A DNA stretch of 64,000 nucleotides from the NCBI GenBank assembly GCA_020846855.1, contig JADLDD010000081.1, positions 16,517-80,516 of the forward strand. Reading direction: 5' to 3'. The translations under genes and the position numbers were made by a program. The notes under the pieces are model-generated. The model had not been told where the DNA came from. It did no database searches and saw only the letters and a list, made by a program, of their open reading frames with translations. Source of the stretch: Acidimicrobiia bacterium. GTDB taxonomy: Bacteria; Actinomycetota; Acidimicrobiia; IMCC26256; JADLDD01. Of the stretch, positions 18,006-26,121 are shown piece by piece (within the stretch, counting starts at the first letter, position 1; every line of letters starts with the position of its first letter).

Positions 18006-19051
18006 CGCAGCTCCGCGGGCACCGGCACCTCGAGCTGCGCGTACGTGCACGACCCGGGGTCCCGGTCCGGGCGCCAGCGCACCAGGCGGGTGGTGTGGCG
18101 GAACCGGTCGCCCTGGAGGTGGTCGTAGGCGACCTCCACGACGCGCTCGGGGCGTAGGGGCTCCCACGACAGGTCGCGCCCTCCCGTCCAGCGGCTCGGC
18201 GCCCCGGGGACCCGGCCTCCGGGCCCATCCGGCGCGCCGTCGCGGATCCAGGGGTGCAAGAGGGCGGCGCCCTCGCGCAGCGGCTCCACCTCGGCGAGGA
18301 GGCGCTCACGGGTGCGGGCGTCGAAGCTCGACGCCACACCCACGTGGTGGAGCACACCGGACGCGTCGTGCAGGCCGAGGAGCAGGGAGCCCACGCCCCG
18401 GCCGTCCTTGTGGAGCCGGAGACCGCCGACCACGCAGTCGGCGGTCCGCCGGTGCTTCACCTTGATCCAGCCCCGCTCCCCCTCGCGGTAGCGCTCGGAG
18501 ACCCGCTTGGCGACCACGCCGTCGAGGCCGGCGCCCTCGAAGCGGTCGAACCAGTCCTCGGCCGTGGCGCGCCCGGAGGTGGCGGGGGTGATGTGCACGG
18601 GCCGGCCGCCGGCCTCGACGGCCGCCTCGAGGAGGGCTCGGCGCTCGGCGAGCGGTCGGGGCCGGAGGTCGTCGTCGCCCAGGGCGAGGAGGTCGAAGGC
18701 CACGAAGGCGGCGGGCGTCTCCACGGCCAGGCGGCGGACCCGGCTCTCGGCCGGGTGGATGCGCTGCGACAGGAGGTCGAAGTCGAGGCCCCGGCGGGTC
18801 ATCACCACTATCTCCCCGTCGACCACGGCCCGGGCCGGGAGCGAGGCGCGCAGAGGGTCGATCAGCTCGGGGAAGTAGCGGGTGAGCGGGCGCTCGTTCC
18901 GGCTGCCCAGCTCGACCCGCTCGCCGTCGCGGAACACCACGGCCCGGACGCCGTCCCACGTGGGCTCGTACTGCCAGCCGCCGTCGCCCGGGATCTCAGG
19001 GGCGGCGCGGGCGAGCATCGGCGCGACCGGCGGCTCGACCGGGAGGCTCAC
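17987..19051 (-). CDS. ligC: LigC-type ATP-dependent DNA ligase with motif I Lys replaced by Thr
   Basis: 354 aa, collinear with mycobacterial LigC as I recall it. Motifs III (VVDGEIVV), IIIa (FVAFDLL), IV (LDGVVAK) and V (WIKVKHRR) are present, but motif I reads EPTWDGVR instead of EPKWDGxR. Confidence 0.85.
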   Translation of the reverse strand: MSLPVEPPVAPMLARAAPEIPGDGGWQYEPTWDGVRAVVFRDGERVELGSRNERPLTRYFPELIDPLRASLPARAVVDGEIVVMTRRGLDFDLLSQRIHPAESRVRRLAVETPAAFVAFDLLALGDDDLRPRPLAERRALLEAAVEAGGRPVHITPATSGRATAEDWFDRFEGAGLDGVVAKRVSERYREGERGWIKVKHRRTADCVVGGLRLHKDGRGVGSLLLGLHDASGVLHHVGVASSFDARTRERLLAEVEPLREGAALLHPWIRDGAPDGPGGRVPGAPSRWTGGRDLSWEPLRPERVVEVAYDHLQGDRFRHTTRLVRWRPDRDPGSCTYAQLEVPVPAELRQVFGG

Positions 19052-19073
19052 CGCACCGCCCCGGTCGGCCCGG

Positions 19074-20876
19074 TCACCCCTGGGCCGCCGATCCCAGCGC
19101 GGCCGCCACGGTCGCCACCACCTCGCCGAGGGGCAGCTCGTCGCGCTCGCCCGTCGCCCGGACCTTGCGCTCCACCACGCCCCGGGCCAGCCCCTTGGCG
19201 CCGACCACGAGCTGCACCGGCACCCCGATCAGGTCGGCGTCGGCGAACTTCACGCCGGCGCGGGCGTCGCGGTCGTCGAGCAGGACCTCGACGCCCTCGG
19301 CCCGCAGCTCGTGGTAGAGGGCCTCGGCGGCGGCGGCGGGCTCCTCGCCGGGCATGGCCACCAGGTGGACGTCGAAGGGCGCCACCGCGGCCGGCCAGGC
19401 CATCCCGTGCTCGTCGTGGTGCTCCTCCACCACCGCCGCGACCACCCGGCTGACCCCGATCCCGTAGCAGCCCATGACCATCGGGTGCTTCTCCCCCGCC
19501 TCGTCGGTGTAGTGGGCGCCCAGGGCCTCGGAGTACTTCGTGCCGAGCTGGAACACCTGCCCCACCTCGATCCCGCGGTCGACCGAGAGCTCCGCCCCGC
19601 ACGACGGGCACGGGTCGCCGGTGACGATGGTCACCAGCTCGGCGAACCGGTCGGCCCGGAAGTCGCGACCGGGGACCACGTGGCGCACGTGGTGATCGGC
19701 GCGGTTCGCTCCCGCGACCCACTCGCCGCGTCCGGCGACGGACGGATCGGCCACGACGAGCTCGACGTCGGGGTGGTGCGGGCCGATGAAGCCGCGGGGC
19801 AACGACGGGCGAGCGGCGAAGTCGGCGTCGTCGAGGAGCCGGACCGGGGTGGGCGCGAGCGCCCGGGACAGGGCGAACTCGTTGAGCTCCCGGTCGCCGG
19901 GGATCAGCGCCAGGCCCAGCCGGCCGCCGGCCTCGAAGGCCAGCGACTTGAGCGTCGCGGACGGCTCGACGCCGAGGAAGCCGGTCACCTCCGCGATGGA
20001 GGTGAGGCCCGGCGTGAAGACCTCCTCCATGGCTGAGGCCCCCGCGGGATCTTCCGCCGATGGGTCGGAAACCGACGCCATGCGACGAGAACTGTCCCAA
20101 CGCTCGGAATCGGGGGCGCCGGCCGAGGTTCCGGAGGCGGCTCCGACCGGGGCGTCGACGCGGCGGCGGGCCACCTCGACGTTGGCCGCGTAGTCGCACG
20201 ACCGGCACCAGACGAAGTCGTCCTCGCCCACCGCGGCGACGGCCATGAACTCGTGGTTCACGTCGCCCCCGATCTCGCCCGCCTCGCCCTCGACGGGCCG
20301 GAACGTGAGCCCGCACCGCTCGAAGATGCGGTGGTAGGCGTCGTACATGGCCCGGTAGCTGGCCTGGAGGCCGTCGGCGTCGAGGTCGAACGAGTAGGCG
20401 TCCTTCATCAGGAACTCCCGGGCCCGGAGGAGGCCGAACCGAGGCCGCAGCTCGTCGCGGTACTTCCAGTTGACCTGGTAGAGGTTCACCGGGAGGTCGC
20501 GGTAGCTCGAGTACTCGGCGGCCACCGTCGAGGTGATCACCTCCTCGGCGGTCGGCGACAGGCAGAACCACGACTCCTTGCGGTCCTGGAGGCGGAACAT
20601 GAGCGGCCCGTACGCCGTGTCGCGGCCCGAGCGCTCCCACAGGTCGAGCGGCTGGGCGATCGGCAGGACCAGCTCCTGGGCGCCGGCGGCGTCCATCTCC
20701 TCGCGCACGATCCGCTCGACCCGGCGCAGGACCCGGCTCCCCAGAGGCAGCCAGGAGTAGATGCCCGACGCCACCTTGCGGATGAACCCGCCTCGGACGA
20801 GGAGGCGGTGGCTGTCGACCTCGGCGTCGGACGGGTCGTCGCGCAGCGTGCGAAGGAAGAGCCGGGACATCCGCAT
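19074..20876 (-). CDS. proS: Proline--tRNA ligase (bacterial type with INS domain)
   Basis: MRMSRLFLRTLRDDPSDAEVDSHRLLVRGGFIRKV..., plus class II motifs and the anticodon-binding C-terminus. Contains repeat copy C in-frame. Confidence 0.95.
   Translation of the reverse strand: MRMSRLFLRTLRDDPSDAEVDSHRLLVRGGFIRKVASGIYSWLPLGSRVLRRVERIVREEMDAAGAQELVLPIAQPLDLWERSGRDTAYGPLMFRLQDRKESWFCLSPTAEEVITSTVAAEYSSYRDLPVNLYQVNWKYRDELRPRFGLLRAREFLMKDAYSFDLDADGLQASYRAMYDAYHRIFERCGLTFRPVEGEAGEIGGDVNHEFMAVAAVGEDDFVWCRSCDYAANVEVARRRVDAPVGAASGTSAGAPDSERWDSSRRMASVSDPSAEDPAGASAMEEVFTPGLTSIAEVTGFLGVEPSATLKSLAFEAGGRLGLALIPGDRELNEFALSRALAPTPVRLLDDADFAARPSLPRGFIGPHHPDVELVVADPSVAGRGEWVAGANRADHHVRHVVPGRDFRADRFAELVTIVTGDPCPSCGAELSVDRGIEVGQVFQLGTKYSEALGAHYTDEAGEKHPMVMGCYGIGVSRVVAAVVEEHHDEHGMAWPAAVAPFDVHLVAMPGEEPAAAAEALYHELRAEGVEVLLDDRDARAGVKFADADLIGVPVQLVVGAKGLARGVVERKVRATGERDELPLGEVVATVAAALGSAAQG
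20058..20103 (+). repeat. Copy C of the ~47 nt element, embedded in-frame in proS
   Basis: cgatgggtcggaaaccgacgccatgcgacgagaactgtcccaacgc, with 3 mismatches to copies A and B. In proS it is translated as ...ERWDSSRRMASVSDPS... Confidence 0.9.
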
Positions 20877-20975
20877 GAGGGCAGGGTAGCGACAGCCCCC
20901 CGGGTGGAATCGACCCCCGCGCCGCGGGCGGCGCCCGATGCGCCCCGGCGGCGGATCGCGGTCCACACTCGGGAC

Positions 20976-21365
20976 ATGAGCCTGGTCTGGGAACGCCGCT
21001 GGATCGCGCCCGTCCTCGACGGGGTCTGCCTGATCGCCTTCGTCGTGGTGGGCAAGGAGAACCACAACGTCACGACCGGGTTCCGCTGGTTCTGGGAGGT
21101 CCTCTGGCCGCTGGCGGTCGGGTGGTTCGCGGTCGGGATCGCGGTCGGGCTGTACCGGCAGCGCCGGCTCACCTGGCTGCGCTGGGCGGCCACGCTCGCG
21201 TTCGGCACGCTCCTCACGATGTGGCTGCGGACCTTCACCGGCCGCAGTGCCTTCACGGCCTACACCGTCGTCGTGTACATCTTCGTGGGTCTCACCACCC
21301 TGGGGTGGCGCGGCGTGGCCGGCCTCGTGGCGTCGAGGCTCCACCCCCGGTCGCCGGCGGTCTGA
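20976..21365 (+). CDS. DUF3054-like small membrane protein
   Basis: 129 aa with four hydrophobic segments (LDGVCLIAFVVVGKENHN..., WPLAVGWFAVGIAVGLY...). Divergent from proS. Confidence 0.7.
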   Translation: MSLVWERRWIAPVLDGVCLIAFVVVGKENHNVTTGFRWFWEVLWPLAVGWFAVGIAVGLYRQRRLTWLRWAATLAFGTLLTMWLRTFTGRSAFTAYTVVVYIFVGLTTLGWRGVAGLVASRLHPRSPAV

Positions 21366-21425
21366 CCCGGCGTCGCCGGGACACGGCCGGGCGCCGGCCG
21401 GGCCGGAGCGGACGACCGGTGGCGG

Positions 21426-23105
21426 TCAGCCGGCGCCGAAGCGGCGGCGGAGGGCCACTTTGTCGATCTTGCCCGTCGGGTTGCGGGGCAGCTCCTCGAC
21501 CAGCTCGACCCGGCGCGGGACCTTGAAGCCCGCCAGGTGTCGCCGGGCCAGGGCCTCGAGCTCCGACGCCGCCGGCCTCGGTCCGGCCTCGGGCACCACG
21601 ACGGCGCAGACGCGCTCACCCCATCGGGGGTCGGGCAACCCGATCACGGCCACGTCGCGCACCGACGGATGCCGTCGCAGCACGTCCTCGACCTCCCGCG
21701 AGGCCACGTTCTCGCCGCCGGTGACCACCACGTCCTTGGCCCGGTCGACCACGTGCAGCAGCCCGTCGGCGTCGATCCGGCCCACGTCGCCGGTGCGGAG
21801 CCACCCGCCCGCGAAGGTGTCCCGGGTGGATTCCGGGTCGCGCCAGTACCCCGCCGCCACCTGTTCGGCCCGCACGAGGATCTCCCCCACCGCCGCCGGA
21901 TCGCCATCCGCGCCCGCGATCCGCAGCTCGACACCGGGGGCGGGCCGGCCGGCCGCGGCCGCGAGGCGGTCGTCGCCGGCGGCGGCGCGCCGGTGCTCCT
22001 CCGGCCCCAGGAACACGGCGTTGCCGGAGAGCTCGGTCATCCCGTAGCCCTGCACGAAGTCGCACCCGAGCACGGCCAGGCCCCTCCGCAGCAGCTCACG
22101 GTGGATGGGCGACGCGCCGTACCCGATCGAGCGCAACGTCGCCGGGACGGCCGGGTGACGGCCGCCGCGGGCCGGCGGTTCCGTGCCGGGGTGGGCACCG
22201 AGGTGGTCCAGGAGCATCGCGATCATCGTCGGCGCCAGCGACAGGTTGGTCACACGGTGCTCGCGAACCAACGCCAGGAGCTCGGCCGGGTCGAAGCGCC
22301 GCATGACGACCACGGGACGGGCCCGCAGGTGGTGGACGAGCACGTTGTACCCGGCGACGTGGCACAGCGGGAAGGGGGTGAGCAGGGTGTCGCCAGGGCG
22401 CACGTCGCGGGCGACGGCGGTGGCCCGGGCCGCGGCGAGCAGACTCCGGTGGGTCAGCACCGCGTGACGGGCCGGGCCCGTGGTGCCGCTGGTGCCGATC
22501 AACCAGGCGGGATCGGACGGGTCCGCTTCGGGTTCCGGGCCCGACCCCGACCGGTCGCCTCCGTCCCGGTCCGCCGGCGCCGCGCCCTCGGCCGCGCCCT
22601 CCGCCGCGCCCTCGGGCGGGAGCTCACGGATCTCGACGCCGGCCAGGGCCGCCACCGAGCCGGGGTGGGCCCGCAGCCTCTCCAGCAGGGGGCCCTCCCC
22701 GACGAGGACGGCCGGATCGATGCGGGCGAGCGCGACGAGCCACTCCTCCGGGTGGAGACGGTGGTTCAGGGGGGCCAGCACCATCCGGGCCGCCGGAACG
22801 CCGTAGTACGCCTCGACCACCTCGGCCCGGTTCCCGCTCAGGAGGGCGACCCGGTCGCCCGGGCCGGCGAGCGGGGCGAGGCCCCGGGCCAGTGCCGCGG
22901 ACCGGCGATGGAGCTCGGCGAAGGTGAGCCGGGTGGGTCCGGCCACCAGCGCCACGCCGTCGGGATCGCTCCCGGCCGCCGCCGCGAGGACGCCCGGCAG
23001 CGTCGACGGCTCGGCCGGTCCGGCTCCCTCACCCACCCGCCCATGGTCCCCGGCGCCACGCCCCCACGCCAACCGCCGGCCGGCGCGTGGCACCGCGCCG
23101 GGCAC
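21426..23105 (-). CDS. AMP-dependent synthetase/ligase (FadD-like acyl-CoA synthetase)
   Basis: AMP-binding motif IGTSGTTGPARHAVLTH, plus YGMTE, GWLRTGDVG and PRNPTGKIDK. Start uncertain. Confidence 0.88.
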   Translation of the reverse strand: MPGAVPRAGRRLAWGRGAGDHGRVGEGAGPAEPSTLPGVLAAAAGSDPDGVALVAGPTRLTFAELHRRSAALARGLAPLAGPGDRVALLSGNRAEVVEAYYGVPAARMVLAPLNHRLHPEEWLVALARIDPAVLVGEGPLLERLRAHPGSVAALAGVEIRELPPEGAAEGAAEGAAPADRDGGDRSGSGPEPEADPSDPAWLIGTSGTTGPARHAVLTHRSLLAAARATAVARDVRPGDTLLTPFPLCHVAGYNVLVHHLRARPVVVMRRFDPAELLALVREHRVTNLSLAPTMIAMLLDHLGAHPGTEPPARGGRHPAVPATLRSIGYGASPIHRELLRRGLAVLGCDFVQGYGMTELSGNAVFLGPEEHRRAAAGDDRLAAAAGRPAPGVELRIAGADGDPAAVGEILVRAEQVAAGYWRDPESTRDTFAGGWLRTGDVGRIDADGLLHVVDRAKDVVVTGGENVASREVEDVLRRHPSVRDVAVIGLPDPRWGERVCAVVVPEAGPRPAASELEALARRHLAGFKVPRRVELVEELPRNPTGKIDKVALRRRFGAG

Positions 23106-23159
23106 GGCTCCGGGCCGGACCTCCCGGGTCCGCCGCGGCCGGAGCCGGCGCGCCGGGGG

Positions 23160-23342
23160 TCAGGAGCGGGTGTCGCGCTCCAGCGCGACGCCGGAGCCCT
23201 CGGCGGAGCGACCCTCCTCCAGGAGGGCCAGTTCGAACGCCTCCCGCTCCGTGATGGGGTCGGGGTTCTCGAGGCGGGCCTCCTCCTCGAGCTCCTCCAG
23301 CGTCTCGCGCCCACCGTCCTCGTGCCCTTCGTGCCCGATCAT
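23160..23342 (-). CDS. Small acidic hypothetical protein (60 aa)
   Basis: MIGHEGHEDGGRETLEELEEEARLENPDPITEREAFELALLEEG... The high GC3 and non-Arg/Pro composition argue for real coding. No family recognised. The track ORF extends to 23471. Confidence 0.45.
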   Translation of the reverse strand: MIGHEGHEDGGRETLEELEEEARLENPDPITEREAFELALLEEGRSAEGSGVALERDTRS

Positions 23343-23556
23343 CGTCGCCACGCTCCTCTCCGCATCCGCGAGCACGGCCCGTCCGGCGCCAGGTCCGTCC
23401 CGGTCGGGTCGTACGGTCGGCACCTCCGGTGCCTCCCCCGACGACGACGGGGGTGCTACCGGGTGCAACAACCGAAGAGGCCGTGGGAGTCCCCGGAAGG
23501 GTCCTCACCTCGGGGGTCCTCGCCGCGCCGTGCGCGCGGGGTGGTCCGCGGCGCCT

Positions 23557-24765
23557 TCAGTCGGCGGTGATGCGGCGGATGCGCTCGACCCGCTCCCTGG
23601 AGCGGTTCACGTCGGCGCCCTGCAGCTCGATGAGGGTCCGGCGGGTGTCGCCGGCCTGCTCGGCGGCGCCCTCGTCGGCGTCGGCGAGCACGGCCTCGAG
23701 GCCGAGCTCCATGATCCGCTCGGCCTCGGCGACCAGGGCGTCGACCATCTCGTCCTCGGGCACGACGCGCACCACCTTGCCCTTCACGAACAGGTGGCCC
23801 CGCCCCCGGCCGGCGGCGATCCCCAGGTCGGCCTCACGTGCCTCGCCCGGCCCGTTCACCACGCAGCCCATCACCGCGACCTGGAGGGGGATGTTGCGCT
23901 CCTCGAGCGCGGCCTGGGCGGCGCTCGCCACCCGGATCACGTCGACCTCGGCCCGCCCGCAGCTCGGGCACGCGATCAGGTCGAGGCCCTTTCGCTCCCG
24001 CAGGCCGAGCGCCTCGAGCAGGGTGCGACCGGCCCGGGCCTCCTCGACCGGGTCGGCGGTGAGCGAGAAGCGGATCGTGTCGCCGATCCCCTCGGCCAGG
24101 AGCGTCCCGATGCCGGCCACCGACTTGATCAGCCCGGCGGGGGGCGGCCCGGCCTCGGTCACGCCGAGGTGAAGCGGATGGTCGACGGTCTCGGAGAGGA
24201 GGCGTTACGAGTCGATCATGAGCGGCACCGACGACGCCTTCACCGAGATCTTCACCGCGTCGAAGCCGACCTCGCCGAAGAGCTCCAGCTCGTGACGCGC
24301 CGACGCCACCAGCGCCTCGGGGGTGATGCCGCCGTGGCGGCGCGCCATCTCGGGATCGAGGCTGCCGGCGTTCACGCCGATGCGGATCGGCAGGCCCCGG
24401 TCACGGGCCTCGGCGGCGACGGCCTTGATGTGGGCCGGCTTGCGGATGTTGCCGGGGTTGAGCCGCAGACCCTGGACCCCCGCCTCCATGGCGGCGAGGG
24501 CGAGGGTGTGCTGGAAGTGGATGTCGGCGATGACCGGGACGGGCGAGCGGGGGACGATGTGGGCCAGGCCCTCCGCCGCCTCCTCGTCGTTGCAGGTGCA
24601 GCGCACGATGTCGCAGCCGGCCCCGGCCAGCGCGTAGATCTGGGCCAGGGTGCCCTCGACGTCGGCGGTCTTCGTGGTGGTCATCGACTGGACCGAGACC
24701 GGGGCTCCACCGCCGACCGCCACCGGCCCCACGTGCAGGCCACGGGTCGGGCGTCGTTCGTCCAT
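23557..24765 (-). pseudogene. ispG: 4-hydroxy-3-methylbut-2-enyl-diphosphate synthase interrupted by one in-frame TAA
   Basis: Track ORFs 24205..24765 and 23557..24162 share a frame. Read across, they give ...[30 protein letters not shown]..., where homologs have Tyr at the stop (AYR..L....[10 protein letters not shown]). Both halves are otherwise intact, including CPSCGR and GCVVNGPGE. Confidence 0.85.
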
Positions 24766-24813
24766 CAGGGTCCAGACTACGGCCGCTCCCGCCCGCCGAA
24801 CGCCCCGGACGCC

Positions 24814-26121
24814 CTAGGAACCTGTGAAGATCGTGCGGATATCGAGGTACATGGTGGAGAGCCCGAGCATCAGCAAGGCCGCGAACACCACCGCCGTCAC
24901 GGGCATCAGCTTGCGGTAGTCGACGGTGACCCTCCGGCCCCGCACCTTCGACGCCACCGCCTCGTAGGCCGCGACCGCCGCGTGACCGCCGTCGAACGGC
25001 AACAGCGGGATCAGGTTGAAGAGGGCCAGGAAGAGGTTGATCGCACCCATCAACGCGAAGAACATCCACGGGTTGCCGGAGACCAACTGGTTGCCGATGT
25101 CGACGATGCCGATGACCGACACCGGACGCTCGTCGGGCGCGAGCGCCGTCGAGCTGCCGGGATCGGCGACGGTGCCGCCGATCTCGCGGATGCCCGACGG
25201 CGACACGAAGTGCCCGAGCACCCGGACGGTCTCCACGGTGCCCTGCCACATCGCCTGCGCCGAGCGGGGCACGGCCTCGAGGACCCCGACGGGCCGGTAG
25301 TCGCCGGTGACCGAGATGCCGATCCGCCCGGTGGCGTCGGACTTGCTCACCCGCTCGGGGACGACGGGGACCCTCAGCACCTCCCCGTCGCGCCGCAGCG
25401 TCAGGACGATCCGCTCGCCGGCGTGAGGCTTGATGAGGGGCGCGACGTCGCCGAAGGTGCCGACCTCCTGGCCGTTGACGGCGAGGATCCGGTCGCCGTC
25501 GCGGAGACCGGCCTGCCGGGCCGGCGTGCCGGCGCCGACATCGGCGACCCGGGCGATCGAGTCGGTGGGCATCCCCTGGCCGAGGAGCGTGACGGCGATA
25601 CAGAGGTACGCGAGGACGAGGTTCACCGAGATGCCGGCGAGCACGACCACCAGGCGCTTGCCGTAGGGGGCCTGGCGGTAGGTGCGGGGCTCGTCGGCGG
25701 GATCGACCTCCTCGACCCCGGTCATGCCGATGATCTTCACGTAGCCGCCGGCCGGAATCGCCTTGACGCCGTACTCGGTCTCGCCCCGGCGGAACGACCA
25801 GAGCCGGGGCCCGAACCCGACGAAGTACTCGGTCACCTTCATGCCCGCCCACTTGGCGGTGAGGAAGTGCCCGAACTCGTGGGCCATGACCACCACCACG
25901 AGGCCCACGACGATCGCCACCGCCGCGAAGACGCTGGGCTTGAGCACCACCAGCATCACCACGGCGACGAGCGCCGCGACCAGCCCCGCGGTGCCGGCCC
26001 GGGACGTGGCGGGCCGCGCGGCCCCGTCCGGAGCGCCGCCGGCGGCGTCAGGCCCCCGGCGACCGGCGGACGGATCGGGGTCGCCACCCGGCGGGGTCTC
26101 CGCCGGTTCGGGTCGACTCAT
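24814..26121 (-). CDS. rseP: M50 site-2 protease (RseP/Rip1 type) with PDZ domain
   Basis: HEFGHFLTAK (HExxH), a PDZ segment and NLIPLLPFDGGH. ATGA overlap with the dxr stop. Confidence 0.92.
   Translation of the reverse strand: MSRPEPAETPPGGDPDPSAGRRGPDAAGGAPDGAARPATSRAGTAGLVAALVAVVMLVVLKPSVFAAVAIVVGLVVVVMAHEFGHFLTAKWAGMKVTEYFVGFGPRLWSFRRGETEYGVKAIPAGGYVKIIGMTGVEEVDPADEPRTYRQAPYGKRLVVVLAGISVNLVLAYLCIAVTLLGQGMPTDSIARVADVGAGTPARQAGLRDGDRILAVNGQEVGTFGDVAPLIKPHAGERIVLTLRRDGEVLRVPVVPERVSKSDATGRIGISVTGDYRPVGVLEAVPRSAQAMWQGTVETVRVLGHFVSPSGIREIGGTVADPGSSTALAPDERPVSVIGIVDIGNQLVSGNPWMFFALMGAINLFLALFNLIPLLPFDGGHAAVAAYEAVASKVRGRRVTVDYRKLMPVTAVVFAALLMLGLSTMYLDIRTIFTGS

Noticed and set aside
16968-19051. 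Classical Ku-dependent NHEJ locus
   Set aside because: No Ku-like ORF exists in this window. The ligase is LigC-like (ligase domain only) and the polymerase is a separate gene. The call was therefore limited to a LigC/Prim-Pol pair.
22560-22625. 12 bp in-frame tandem repeat (EGAAEGAAEGAA) inside the FadD-like ligase
   Set aside because: It is an in-frame low-complexity loop insertion in a surface-variable region of AMP-binding enzymes. It is of the same kind as many others here and has no further signal.
24205-24207. Selenocysteine, pyrrolysine or programmed recoding at the ispG internal stop
   Set aside because: The codon is TAA, not TGA or TAG, and the homologous residue is Tyr. No SECIS-like hairpin was evident downstream. 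Error or nonsense mutation is the simpler explanation.
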